This document shows positions 1-13,417 of a stretch of 64,000 nucleotides of DNA, piece by piece; the first letter of the stretch is position 1; each line of letters begins with the position of its first letter. The stretch is taken from NCBI RefSeq assembly GCF_006345805.1, contig NC_043010.1:46376001-46440000 (forward strand), read 5' to 3'. The position numbers and the translations under genes are program-made. The DNA comes from Octopus sinensis (lineage: Eukaryota). The notes under the pieces are model-generated. The model did not search any database. It saw only the letters and a program-made list of their open reading frames with translations, and had not been told where the DNA came from.

Positions 1-1211
1 TATTTCGTCTAATGGCATCATCAAGATAATAAGGAGGTTCTGTCTAGTCATGTATCTAATATTCCTATTAACTATATGAAGCTCATTGTCGCTCTGTCAT
101 TTTATAATTACATTTTTTTTTATATTATTCAGTCTAACTTAATGAGCTTTTACTGAAATCAACTGATTTTCTTTTATTCATCTTCATGGTAATCTAAGGA
201 AATTAATTGAAATTGAATGATAAATATGTTTAGTTGGTTTTAGAATTCTTAATTTATTGGCTTATTGATACTGGAAGAAAAGTAAATTATTTTCTGTCTT
301 TTGACTTGATTTGACAAAGAGTAGAAGTTGTTTTTCGTAACTACTTTTAGAAAGTAGTCTACATATAGACAAAAGTAGAATTTTATTTTTAGATCTTGTT
401 TTTCAGTAATCAATAGTGAATTGTAGCCAACAAGCAATTGTATACATTTTATATAGCTCTGTTCAGCTTCACAGATTACCAACTACCCAGGTAAAAATAT
501 CTCTCATATACAGTATTTCCTAAATTGTTCTCTCTCTCTCTCTCTCTCTCTCTGTAATTGTCTGCTTCATTCTAATGCTGACAGACCGATTCTTCTCCCT
601 GTTAGGAAGTTGTTTATATTTATTTTATCATGGTTATATCACTGTTTTAGCTAAACTTTTGGCAGCCACTTTAGAAACTACTTTAGCTCCTAACAAATTT
701 CGACTTTGTACAAATCCCAAATCTGGCATTGTGTTGTAATTCCTACAGAACAAACTCTTTGCCATTTCTCTTGTTGATGACTTCCATCACAGTGTTTCCA
801 TTAGTTGTTTCACTGTACAGCACCTTGGACAAGTGTCTTCTACTGTAGTTCCATTTGTGTTGCGCCCCTACCACCACTGCCTGATAGTGTTGGTTTGTTT
901 ATGTCCCAGGAATATAGTGGTTCAGTAAAAGAGACCAATGAAACAAGTACCAAACCTTAAAAAAAAACAAAAGTAAGTACAGAGAGGAATTTAATTAAAA
1001 CCTTCAAGGTGGTGCTCCAGCTTGGCCACAGTCCAATGATTGAAACAAGTAAAAGATTACTGACATCATCAATAATGTAAATTTCTTCCCACAGTCTTTT
1101 CAGCATTATCTATAAGTTAACAACAGCAACCAGTATTGCCAAGTTTATTAATACCTAATATAAATATATAATCACATGAATTCACTATATTTTAAATAAA
1201 TTGCTTTAAGA

Positions 1212-1279
1212 ACATATGTGTGTGTGTATAGATATATGTGTGTGTGTGTGTGTGTGATATATGTATATATATATATATA

Positions 1280-1355
<76 letters not shown>

Positions 1356-1505
1356 TCATATATATATATGTATATATATGATTTATATGTATATATATGT
1401 ATATATATATGACGTATATGTATATGCATATATATATATGTATTGTATATATATATATATGTATATGTATGTATATATGTATATGTATGTATATATATAT
1501 GTATG

Positions 1506-1540
<35 letters not shown>

Positions 1541-1563
1541 GTATATATATATGTATATATATG

Positions 1564-1594
<31 letters not shown>

Positions 1595-2003
1595 GTATAT
1601 ATATGTATATGTATGTATATATATATATATGTATATATATATATGTATATATATGTATATGTATGTATATATATATATATATGTATATATGTATATGTAT
1701 GTATATATATATATATATGTTATATATATATATATGTATATATATATGTATATATATGTATATATATATATGTATATATATGTATATATATGTATATATA
1801 TATGTATATATATGTATATATATGTATATATATATGTATATATATGTATATATATGTATATATATATGTATATATATGTATATATATGTATATATATATG
1901 TATATATATGTATATATATATGTATATACATGTATCTATATATATATGCATATGTATATATGTATATGTATATATGTATATATATATATATGTGTGTGTA
2001 TGT
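1212..2003. repeat. Compound (AT)n/(ATGT)n microsatellite with an internal (ATATATATGT)n higher-order array
   Basis: Seen directly; explains the Y/I/C/M-rich ORFs at 1172-2117. Confidence 0.97.
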
Positions 2004-2451
2004 TTATTTTATCATCATTATATATTCTTTTCATTATTATATTATAGTTTTCTTCATTCCTTCATATTCTTAATTCGTAGGCATAAGTCACGATTTATTT
2101 TAGTTTTAAAATTTTAATTAATTAAATTATGGCTTGCACGGCAAGGTTCGGCGAATTTATTTGCACACCCCGCATATTTGTTAGTTATATTTGTAACTGA
2201 TAATATATTAAAATATATAGAAAATAGTTAGAGAGTTATAAATAAGTTGTGTAGAGTCCTGATGATTGGGGGTGGCAGTTAAGACAAGTTTCTGAAAAAG
2301 ACTGAAGGACTCAGGAACGTTAAACACACCTCATGAGACACATGTAGAAGTGAAATTTGGAACTGAAATAGTAAGAATTAAATTAAATTCTATGATATGG
2401 TGTGATGTACATTAGGATTTGATGAATTGTATGGGGACTTCTATCTCTAAA

Positions 2452-2748
2452 TCTTTATATATAAAAGTCAAGTTGTGTGTCTGTCTCCTACGATTTAGAT
2501 TCCTAACTACTCCCACATTTTGCGGTGCAGTTTAACCAAAACCGGGTATCTTATAGTTGTGATTCATATCGAGCCCTTCTGGGTATTAGCACGCGTCTAC
2601 GATGAGTCAACGATTTAAAAAAAAATTTACCATCATTTTTTCCCCATTTTTAATGCATTTTTTTGCTATTTTTTGGCTATAACTCTCTAAAAATGCTTAT
2701 ATAGTTATTTCCCTTACAAACCCGAGCAACGCCGGGCGATACTGCTAG
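2452..2748 (+). mobile_element. Non-autonomous Helitron, subfamily 1
   Basis: 5' TC, 3' CTAG, flanking A|...|T, subterminal GC hairpin CCCGAGCAACGCCGGG, no TSD; paralogues at 37146 and 59910. Confidence 0.88.
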
Positions 2749-2851
2749 TGACATATATTTTCTTATCGAGAATAATTTATTTTATTTGAATCTCTTTGAT
2801 GCCGGAATTTTTATTCCCTAATTAATATATAAATAAAATAATATATATATA

Positions 2852-3154
2852 CTCTTTTACTTGTTTCAGTCATTTGACTGCGGCCATGCTGGCGCATCAC
2901 GTTTAGTCAAGCAAATCAACCCCAGGACTTATTCTTTGTAAGCCTAGTACTTATTCTATCGGTCTCTTTTGCCCAACCGCTAAGTTACATATATACGACG
3001 GGCTTCTTTTCTGCCTCTGTCCACCAAATCCACTCACAAAGCCACGGTTGGCCCGAGGCTATAGTAGAAGACACTTGCCCAAGGTGCCACACAGTGGGAC
3101 TGAACCCGGAACCATGTGGTTGGTAAGCAAGCCACTTACCACACAGCCTCTCCT
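2852..3154 (-). mobile_element. tRNA-derived SINE family A (internally deleted copy)
   Basis: Head AGGAG(T)GGCTGTGTGGTAAG with GGTTCAGTCCC B-box-like motif; tail ...GAAACAAGTAAAAGAG; many paralogues in the window. Confidence 0.9.
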
Positions 3155-3289
3155 GTGCCTATATATATATAAAGTAAGCAGGTAATGTAGAAATCTTGAT
3201 CAACAACAATTAACTAACAGCGATTATTATTTTTTAATACAAAACTTTATCCTATGATGGAATGTTCCTTTCTGGGCAGTGTATGAGTG

Positions 3290-3510
3290 TTCAGCTTTGG
3301 TGAATGACCTGTATATTAGCTCGTTCCCTGCATCAAATCAACATTGCCTGAACAGGTGCACAGTGTGCCACATGTCAGATGTTGAAGCGATCGTAGAACA
3401 TGAGAGGAAATGTTTTTGCTCAAGAATATAATACACCACCCAGTCCAGAAATTGAGACCATGATCTTGCAGTCATGAGTGCTACGCCCTAACCACTAAGC
3501 CATGCGCCCT
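3290..3510 (-). mobile_element. tRNA-derived SINE family C (CORE/Meta-like central domain), decayed
   Basis: Reverse complement begins GGCGCATGGCTTAGTGGTTAGGG...TTCTTGAGCAAAAACATTT, matching the copy at 62955. Confidence 0.7.
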
Positions 3511-3520
3511 CTATATATAT

Positions 3521-3747
3521 TTCTTTATTGCCCACAAGGAGCTAAACACAGAGGGGGACAAACAAGGACAGACAAAGGGGATAAGTCGATTACATCGACC
3601 CCAGTGCGAAGCTGGTACTTTATCTATCGACCCCGAAAGGATGAAAGGCAAAGTTGACCTCGGCAGAATTTGAACTCAGAAGGTAACGACACACGAAATA
3701 CTGCTAAGCATTTCGCCCGGCACACTAACGTTTCTGCCAGCTCGCCC
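3521..3747 (-). mobile_element. tRNA-derived SINE family B
   Basis: Head GGCGAGCTGGCAGAAACGTTAG...GAGTTCAAATTC; body and tail match the copy at 51127-51537. Confidence 0.88.
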
Positions 3748-4247
3748 TCTATATATACATATATGTGTGTGTTCCATGCATCAATTTCCCTTAAAGGTCT
3801 ATTATAAAAGATACTTGCCCAAAAGGTGCCACACAGTAAGGCTCAACCTGAAACCATGTGGTCGGGAAGCAAACTTCTAAGCCACACATCCACACATGTG
3901 CCCTGATACAAAACTGTAGCCAGCAACTTGGAGCATTCATAAATTCCATCATTTTCCAATTCATATAAGTGCTATTAAATTTCTTTGAGTAAAAATAAGG
4001 TAAGTTAGCTATCTCAACCTTTTGATACCCACCTACCTGTGACCATCTTTGATTCTATGAAACAAACTCTGTTTTAACCAGTTAGCATTTAAACCCACAT
4101 TAGTCATCCAATATGATTTACCTATTTCATCTTCCAACTGGCTACATCCATCCTCTCACATTTACCTTACAATATTATTCTAAAAATAATTGAAATGTCA
4201 AAGCTACATGCTAATGCATGATTAATTCAAAACAATGTGAATAAATA

Positions 4248-4405
4248 AGGAGTGGCTGTATGGTAATAAGCCTGCTTCCCAACCACATGGTTCTGGGTTC
4301 AGTCCTACTTCATGTCACCTTGGGTAAGTGTCTTTTACTATTGCCTCAGGTGCTGACCAAAGACTTGTGAGTGGATTTGGTAGACAGAAACTGAAAGAAG
4401 CCTGT

Positions 4406-4408
<3 letters not shown>
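4248..4408 (+). mobile_element. SINE family A, 5' half
   Basis: AGGAGTGGCTGTATGGTAATAAG...GGTTCAGTCC...GAAACTGAAAGAAGCC. Confidence 0.85.
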
Positions 4409-4451
<43 letters not shown>

Positions 4452-4468
4452 TACATATATATATATAT

Positions 4469-4691
4469 CTCTTTTACTTGTTTCAGTCATTTGACTGCAG
4501 CCATGCTGGAGCACCGCCTTTAGTCGAGCAAATCGACCTCGGAACTTATTCTTTGTAAGCCCAGTACTTATTCTATCGGTCTCTTTTGCTGAACCGCTAA
4601 GTTATGGGGATGTAAGCACACCAGCATCGGTTGTCAAGCAATGTTGGAGGGACAAACACAGACAGACAAACACATACACACACACACATAT

Positions 4692-4737
<46 letters not shown>

Positions 4738-4907
4738 CATACATATATACGACAGCTTCTTTAAGTTTCCATCTACCAAATCCACTCACAAGGCATTGGT
4801 CGGCCCGGGACTATAGCAGAAGACACTTGCCCAAGATGCCATGCAGTGTGACTGAACCCAGAAACCATGTGGTTGGTTAACAAGCTACTTACCACACAGC
4901 CACTCCT
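4469..4907 (-). mobile_element. SINE family A, full length
   Basis: Complete head, central microsatellite and GTAAAAGAG tail on the minus strand. Confidence 0.92.
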
Positions 4908-5860
4908 CTGTGTGTGTATATATATATATACACACACAGACACACATGCACTGCTAGTCTTGAACATATGTTATATCATTTCAACACATTTGACACATCA
5001 GCTATGAACTACTGTTATCTAATATAAGTTGATGTGAAAGATGTTATGAAAACACCTGATCTTCATTTATTTTGATTTATTTATTAGCCACTGACTGACA
5101 CCCGTAGAACACCGAGCTAAAATAGTTTACAGTTTTTAGTTTATTTTTAGTTTATTTTATATCACATATTGTGAGCAATTGTGTTGCTGGTTATAGGTTT
5201 CCAACACGCCAATCACTGGTTTACTGCATCTGACGGTGAGAGTCACAAGTCTGTGTCTGTGCTACTCAGGCAAAATAAATATCACAAGGTTGTTTTTTTT
5301 TGAAAGCACCAGTTTATTGGTTGTCTCACCGGTATTGACAATAATAGACATGTGTGAGTGTGTGTGTAGAAAGAGAGAGAGAGAGAATAGCTTTTCTTTC
5401 TCACATATAATGAAATCACACACAATTGTGTTTGGTTTTAATTATCAACATCATCGTTTTAACATTTATTTATTTTTTATGCTTGCCTGAGTCAGACTTT
5501 ATTGAGGCAGATTTTCTGCAGTTAGATGCCTTTTCTGACAACAACCTTCACCTGTTTTCAAGCAAGGTAATATTTCCCCATGCTCAAAACATGTTCTCAC
5601 AGAAAATTACACTGAATGAATCTGCTTTCATGATGGTGACGCTGATTTACAACTATTATGCAATGACAAAGCAAGGAGACTCTTACACACGTACACATGT
5701 ACTTATACAGTACACATGAGCTAAAATACATATGTAAACCCTTCATCACTATTTTCCCCCAAATAGGTTCTTAACCTTTCTTTTTATTTATTCAAAGGTT
5801 TTAACAACACTGACCTAAGTTTTAAGGATGGCAGTTCCATTTCATTTTGCAATCTTTATT

Positions 5861-6075
5861 CTTTTACTCTTTCATTTGTTTCAGTCATTTGACTGTGGCC
5901 ATGCTGGAGCACCACCTTTAGTCGAGCAAATCAACCCCAGGACTTATTCTTTGTAAACCTAGTCCTTATTCTATCGGTCTGTCTTGCCGAACCGCTAAGT
6001 GACGGGAATGTAAACACACCAGCATTGGTTGTCAAGCGATGTTGAGGGGACAAATACAGACAGACAAACGTATAC

Positions 6076-6130
<55 letters not shown>

Positions 6131-6267
6131 CAACAGGCTTCTTTCAATTTCCGTCTTTGGTCGACCCGAGGCTATAGTAGAAGACACTTGCCCAAGGTGC
6201 CATGCAGTGGGACTGAACCCGGAGCCATGTGGTTGGTAAGCAAGCTACTTACCACACACCCACTCCT
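5861..6267 (-). mobile_element. SINE family A
   Basis: Near full-length match to the other family A copies. Confidence 0.9.
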
Positions 6268-6664
6268 GTGCCTAGATATACACTTTTTTTTTTTAAAGGT
6301 TTCAATTTCACATAATAATGCTTAGAAATTTTGACATAATTTTTATAATTTTAAAAAATGAAGAAATTTATCTATCAGCTTTAAAACAATGCAATTCCCA
6401 AGAAAATGTTTAGCAGCCTCCTACACTAGAGAAACTAATGTAGTAGACCATTAGTCAGCATTGAGTTCTTAATTCAGTTTCTGACTTACTTTGTTCTCTG
6501 AGTAAACAAAAGTAATAATGTTTTATATATATATATATATATACATATACACACACACACACATACATACACACATATATACATACATACATACATACAA
6601 ACATACAACACACATACACATATACATATATTATTCCAGGCAGTGGCAACTTCAAACAGAAGCT

Positions 6665-6728
<64 letters not shown>

Positions 6729-7145
6729 AACAAGTTTAAAATAATGATCATTTGACGAATGTAGCATTAATTTTCTTAGGTCATTCAATTTGCCTTCAGT
6801 AATATACCTCTAATGACTACTGGAAACAACTGTAAGCCAAGTTTTCTCAAATAAAAGAATTATAAGTAATGACCATTATTTTAAACTTGTTTCTCATATA
6901 TCACTGTGTAAAAACCAGTTTATCTGGAGCCCATCCATTGATCCATGGATTTACAATATACAATTGTGATGAACCATAACTTGGGACCCTACCAAAAGAT
7001 TACTTGGAGTTCTTCACTAATGTAAGTAATATTGTTAGCCTGGTGTGCCAACAGAGAGCTTACAAAGTATTTTGCCCTGATTGATAATCCCTCACTATTT
7101 GTTCTCTTTCTCTCTCTCCCACTCTCTCTCTCTCTCACTCTCTCA

Positions 7146-7182
<37 letters not shown>

Positions 7183-7183
<1 letters not shown>

Positions 7184-7336
7184 CATCATCATCGTTTAAC
7201 GTCCGTTTTCCATGCTAGCATGGGTTGGACGGTTCAACTGGGGTCTGGGAAGCCAGAAGGCTGCACCAGGCCCAGTCTGATCTGGCAGTGTTTCTACAGC
7301 TGGATGCCCTTCCTAACGCCAACCACTCCGAGAGTG
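7183..7336 (-). mobile_element. Retroposon family D 3' end with (GAT)n tail (RTE-type tail)
   Basis: CATCATCATCGTTTAACGTCCGTTTTCCATGCTAGCATGGG; paralogues at 25688, 29540, 42860 and 44905. Confidence 0.8.
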
Positions 7337-7573
7337 TATATATATATATAAAGTTAATCCAAACATGAAAACACAAAGAGAAAACACAACAACGCGAGGA
7401 CGTGGAACAAATATAGTATTATTGGACACTCAGGAAGGAAGGGAAGAAGGAGGGTTTTACGTTTCGAGCGGAGCTCTTCATCAGAAACATAGGAAAAGGA
7501 AAGATCCAGAGAAGGGAAGACGGAGGAAAAAAATCACCAACGGTACACATGAGTAGATATGCACATGTGCGCG

Positions 7574-7615
<42 letters not shown>

Positions 7616-7872
7616 ACACACACACACATGTATAACAGATTTCTACACAGCTTCCATCCTCCAATTTCACTGACAGTGCATTGGGGTCAGCCTGAAGCTC
7701 TCATAGAGGACATTTGCACAAGGTTTTATACTCTTGATTTAATCAGAACCATATTGTTGGGAAGTGAACTTTGTAGCCACAAACCTATGCCTTCACCAAA
7801 TTTAGAGTATTTAGTTTGGTATCTCACTGTTATTTTCAATTCAAGATTGACATCCCCATCACTTATGTTTAA

Positions 7873-8097
7873 CCCTTTCGATACCAACCCGGCTGAAACC
7901 GGCTCTGGCTCTGTAGTACAAATGCCTTGCTTTTATAAGTTCTGAATTAAAATCTTCCACCAAACCTTTAATCACAATTTATGTTCCTAACACTAGCTGA
8001 ATGAGAACTAATTTATTTTACAAAATTCTTTTTGTTATAGTTAAAATTAATTGAAAGAAACACAGAACATCTCAAAATAAATACAGTAACGAAAGGG
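7873..8097 (+). mobile_element. piggyBac-type MITE
   Basis: TTAA|CCCTTTCG...CGAAAGGG|TTAA; inverted paralogue at 46629-46849. Confidence 0.92.
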
Positions 8098-9107
8098 TTA
8101 ATGTTAACTTTGTGCAGAGTTAAAACTATATTTAGTATTTGAACAAGCCCTATCCATCCTAAACATTCTATCATATCCAGCCACAATATTATTCTTGTTT
8201 TATATTCACACTGGCCAGATCTAACCTCTCACACCTACCCTATAATGTCATTCTAAAAATAACAATCACATCATCAAAATCTCAAAAGCTACAAGATAAT
8301 GCATGATTAATTCAAAGCAATGTAAATAAATAAACATTACATTTGACAGAATAGTTTGGATGCTAAAGGGTTAAATGGTGGTAGATTTAAGCTCAGTGGT
8401 AACTAGACAGATATTTTTACGTGCCACAGGCATCACCGCCAGTTAGCCGCTCTGGCGACGATCACGCTCGGATGGACCTGATAAATTATTGGATTAATTT
8501 TGTTGATACAACATAAATGATAACAAATGTGAATGCAAATGCAATCATGTTTGATTAATTCAAATGTATTGCTGCTTAAAAGAGAAAGATGTATGCCTTG
8601 GAAAAAATAAATCGTAATTCCTTATAAGGTTACTGTTAATATTTAATTTAAAACTTACTTATTTCAAAAGTAGTGCTTATCAGTGCTGAAATGTTGAGTA
8701 AAAGAAATTATCTCTCAAGTGTTCTGGTGTCTTACAACATTACTTTACTTGCATCTCAACAACAATACTTCAAACAGACTACAGCAAAATCATTGTTTAT
8801 CTATTTAGATCAATGATTTTCAATATCCTATTAAATGAATGCACCCTCAAGTAACAATGGATATTATTTGCATCTTAACCAGAGCTGTGATAGCCTCTTG
8901 TTGATTTTCTTTTGAACCTTTTTTCAGTTCATCAACATTACAGCAGATTTATTATAGGTTTATGTTGTGTAAGTCTATCAACTGTGCTGCATCTAAAGAT
9001 CCTCTTGAACTCTGGTTAAGGATGGAAATAGAAACATCTATCAAGTTCCCAATGGGGCTTTTAGATCCAGTTTCATTATGTTAAGCAAATGAGAGGTAAA
9101 TAATCAC

Positions 9108-9205
9108 CTCCTTAGATAAGATGTTAGTAATAGGTAATTTTCTCAGATAATCTTGTAATTCATAACAGCTAAGTGAACTGAGATACATAGAATTAAGTGT
9201 ACTAC
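9108..9205 (-). CDS. Candidate internal exon (STLNSMYLSSLSCYELQDYLRKLPITNILSKE)
   Basis: ttatgtatttag| acceptor, 32 open codons, GAG|GTGATT donor; no homology recognised. Confidence 0.2.
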
Positions 9206-9364
9206 CTAAATACATAAAGTTTATTATTAAATTTAAACTCAATTCCTGTGGACTGATGGCTCAGTGTCATAGTGATTCTACTCGTTTGCATCTTTTCTCT
9301 TGTTTATAAACCTTATGGTATCAACAATCATCTTGGTAACCTTTGTATGTTATTCAGAGAGATG

Positions 9365-9593
9365 CTTTAACACTTTAGCATTTAAACTAACCATATCCAG
9401 CCACAATATTATTCTTGTTTTATGTTCAAACTGGCCAGATCCAACCTCTCCCACCTACCCTACAATGTTTGTTTTAAAAATAGATAGTCACATAATCAAA
9501 AGCTCAAGGCTACAAAGTAATACAGGATAAATTCAAAACAATAGGGGATTAATGTTACATTTCATTAGAATAATCTGAATGCTAAAAGGTTAA
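9365..9593 (+). mobile_element. piggyBac-like MITE, second family (CCCTTTAGCATT...AATGCTAAAGGG)
   Basis: Shared body with copies at about 4075, 8130-8375, 24105-24335, 25517-26110, 32740-32880 and 60659-60885; TTAA flanks. Confidence 0.75.
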
Positions 9594-9870
9594 AGCAATT
9601 CAATGATCCATTTTAAAAACTATAGCCATCCCCTGCATTGCAGAAGCATTGTGCACTTAAAATCTTGTCATAATGTGAAGTATGTAACATGAAACCAATT
9701 TTCCCATTGATACCCAGAAGCTAGTAAACATAGAATTGAGAAACTCCACATTATGGCAAGATTATCAGACACACAATGGTTTGGTTAACATGGGTGATGC
9801 CTGATATTAGAAATGTAAGAGATCTCATACTTACTATTATTTTTCCCTGTTGTGTCACATAAACTTTTAG

Positions 9871-9920
9871 ACTATTTCAGTATTTATGAAGCTGGTGGAA
9901 ATGGCACAAAGTTTGTTTCA
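9871..9920 (+). CDS. Candidate 50-nt internal exon (DYFSIYEAGGNGTKFVS or TISVFMKLVEMAQSLF)
   Basis: Pyrimidine-rich tract then cttttag| acceptor, TCA|GTAAGT donor, two open frames, unique sequence. Confidence 0.35.
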
Positions 9921-12230
9921 GTAAGTTACAAATAAAAATCTTAAAGTGTTAAACACTTATAGTATGCAAATTAATGACTCCATTTCTCTGAGCTACTAAT
10001 TTCTTCATATAAATGTTTGGTGTTTTCATATATTTTACCATAAGAGAGAATTTTTTCTCCACACTAACTGCAGTGAATTTGCCTTTAGAAGTCAAAATAT
10101 ATTTGTGACTTACTTCACAAATATGACACAAACATTTTAACTACCCTAACATACTTTAACTGACCTAAAGTTCATATATAAATGAACTGGCTGCTTGTTT
10201 TTTCTGGGATTGGTCGAGTAATGCTCACACTGCCTTCGAAAATCAATGAGGGCTGTTTATCATGTTTGCAGTTTTCAGAGGAATAGATAAATTTGTCATG
10301 TTTGTCGTAGGTTTGCATACCAAAGTAAATGGAACATCAGTTACACTCTGTGATGTTACAAGGCATTTTAACTGCTTGCCTGGAATACATGAAGTTCATA
10401 ATAGCAGGGGCAAGGGATTCAATATGTCTATATAAAAAAATATAAAAAACTAGTAAGTTATCACTGATCTTAAAATCGGTTTCCTTATTTAACCCTTAGT
10501 GTTCAGATTAATTTGTCAAATGTAATGCTTATTTGTTCACATTAATTTTGATTTATTCAGGTTCAAGTGGTGTGTTCACAATATTTGCTTGTAACTTTGT
10601 TAATTTTCTACATACAGATTTGAAATTTTGTTAATGGGTGCTTATATGCCAGTGGCTTATAGTTACATAATTTTAGCTAATCTTTCTGATTAAATTTTAC
10701 TTTTATGGGTAGGTAAATTTAATCAACAGGCATAAAAACAATAACATTATGAATAAACACTAAAATTCATGTGTATGTGTCAGAAAAGGTTTATGTTTAC
10801 AAAGAGAAACGTTGCTCTTTGGGCAGTTTTCCCTAGTTGTCAGTCATTTGTTTTATGTCCATTTTTCCATGCAAGCATGGGCTAGATGAATACATATTGT
10901 AAAGGCATTGTTTTACTATTAGATACCCTTTCTGTTGTGAATACCTGTTTTCCAAGTATGGGAGTTTTCATTCTATTCATCTTCAAAAGTTCAAAGCTAC
11001 TAGACAATTTGTTCATCAGAAAATATCAACAAATGACAGACGCTATCTGAGATTCAGTTCAGCTCAGGATATAAACATTTACACAGACACATGCATACAT
11101 GCATATATATAAGCACATGTGTGCACACACGTGCATGCACGTGTGTGTGTGTGGGGGGGTTCTGTCTATCAAATTTGCTCCAAAAGCATTGATAAACCTA
11201 AGGCTCACCTATACCAGAAGACACTTGTCCCAGGTGCCACATATTGGAATCAAACCTTACTGAGAGAAATCAGTAATAATCTTTACAAGGCTTTGAATTT
11301 TCAAGACAAAAATCAAATACAGAGTTGGGAGGGCTGTGAAAGACAAAGCCCAGTTGATGAAATAGCAGTTAACCACAGTCAAGATGAAAATTATTGTATT
11401 ACTGTTAAGAATGAAGGAAAAAGTCAGATATCTATCAAGGAAGGTGGATGACTTGTTGTGACATACAGAAAAGAAGAAAGAAGCAGCTAACTTATTTTGA
11501 CAACAATGAGTATTAGAAGTTCCATAATGATATGAACAGGTTTATCAAGATGATATTAGTAAGTCAGATTGTGTATAAGATTGAAAGCCTGAATAAACTT
11601 GTGTATTAATAAAAGATTTGGGGATATTCTTGAGAAAAACAGTAATCTGTTCAGGTGGGGAATTGTTTTGCTAGGTATAACAAACAAAGAAAGCTAATTT
11701 AGAAGTGTCTCAGGGGATGAAGAGGAGTTGTTTTTTGTAAGAAAGCATCTTTGAAGGAAGCTGAGAGAATTGTACAAAGCAGACAGGATTCAGAAACCAA
11801 AAGAGAAATGAATACAAAGAGATAAGTTTTATGTTAGATTCTCGAGATCACAGAAATGGAAAGAAAAATCAAGAAAAATTGAAGAGATATACATAAAGAG
11901 AGCCAAGGAAAGATGTGCCATAAGAGGACTGTCAAAGGATTCAGCCAGAATGCATTTGAAGTAAACCATTAAATGGAAAGGAGCCAACAACTGAAGGAGA
12001 TGATGAAGATTAGGGTAACATTAGCACTCAGTCTCAACCACGTTGTTTTAAAATTTTTTCAAAACACTTAAAATGCTTTAGAAGCTCACTCATTTGTTAG
12101 GAAGAGAAAATACTGAGAAGCTGGTAGCTGCAGAGGGCTGGTTGCTTTGTTCCAAAACTAGAGTCTAGGGAGATTAAGCAGCTTTCAGCTATATCATTGT
12201 ATCTTGCAGATCCTTGATTATTGTCTAGAT

Positions 12231-12423
12231 TAGTGCTCCACAATCTTTTTTTTTTTTTCACTTGTGGTACACTTATATTCTTTTCAAAATTCAGCAGCAC
12301 ACCTGAACTGAAAATATAACTAAAAGTATAGGGGGAAAAATTATATTGAGGTTACACAGCAGCACACCTAGCATTGTCTCATGGCACACCTTTGTACTGT
12401 GGCATACCAGTTGCAGAGCACTA
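12231..12423. mobile_element. hAT (Charlie-like) MITE
   Basis: Perfect 8-bp TSD GTCTAGAT (12223-12230 and 12424-12431) and TIR TAGTGCTC/GAGCACTA. Confidence 0.9.
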
Positions 12424-13043
12424 GTCTAGATACATAGCTGCCTATAAAAATACAGCATTTGTATAACAGTATAGAAGCACAGAAAGGGCAAAATTCCTGG
12501 ATTCTCTATCTGCTTTTCAATAGAGTGAAGGCTGAAACATGGTATTTAGCACCATGATTCATTGTAAACAACTCTAATGGAATGCAACAATGATTCAATG
12601 TGGAAATCTGTTGTGTAACATTACAACACATATTAAAGAAAATCTAGGTTAGGAATCTGATGATTGAATCATAGGAAGAGAAAGAGACTAAAATCTGAAG
12701 AACAATACCAGTAATAGGCACCCTTATAGTAGGGGCTGGCAAAAGTTTTGGTATTTAGTAATCAAGAAGTGGCAGTTGATGAGGAAATTTCAGGTTGAAA
12801 AAGTACCATAAATCAGTGGAAGTTCACACCTGTATATATGTATGTGTACAGATGTTTGCATTTTATGTATATGTCTATTTCTGCCTCTGTTTATATTGAG
12901 CATGGACATTTTTTTGTTTCGTTTTGCTGTGTGTGTGTGTGTGCAAATATCTGATTATTAGTGTTTAAATATGTTGAAGCATGTAGCTCACCATACATTC
13001 TCTACTTTTGGAGTGTATACTTATGATTACATACTTACATATA

Positions 13044-13417
13044 CTCTTTTACTCTTTTATTTGTTTCAGTCATTTGACTGCGGCCATGCTGGAGCACCGC
13101 CTTTAGTCGAGCAAATCGACCCCGGGACTTATTCTTTGTAAGCCCTGTACTTATTCTATCGGTCTCTTTTGCCGATGTAAACATACCAGCATCAGTTGTC
13201 AAGCAATGCTAGGGGGACAAACACACACACATACACATATATATATATATACATATATACGACAGGCTTCTTTCAGTTTCTGTCTACCAAATCCACTCAC
13301 AAGGCATTGGTCGGCCCGGGGCTATAGCAGAAGACACTTGCCCAAGATGCCACGCGGTGGGACTGAACCTGGAACCATGTGGTTGGTTAGCAAGCTACTT
13401 ACCACACAGCCACTCCT
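13044..13417 (-). mobile_element. SINE family A
   Basis: Near full-length, young-looking copy. Confidence 0.92.

Noticed and set aside
249-482. Minus ORF with EAEQSYIKCIQLLV, vaguely like a RhoGEF DH helix
   Set aside because: No convincing acceptor, no further DH motifs, and the similarity is too short.
1172-2117. ORFs of 180-270 aa rich in Y, I, C and M (also at 35442-40068)
   Set aside because: They are translations of AT/GT microsatellites, which lack stop codons in most frames.
8659-9107. Extension of the minus-strand frame read as a stop-recoded long exon
   Set aside because: About 11 stops in 150 codons is what random AT-rich DNA gives; no homology was recognised.
11119-12030. 110-aa ORF and purine-rich downstream tract
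   Set aside because: The ORF starts in a microsatellite and SINE fragment; the remainder may be a decayed LINE but has no motif I can name.
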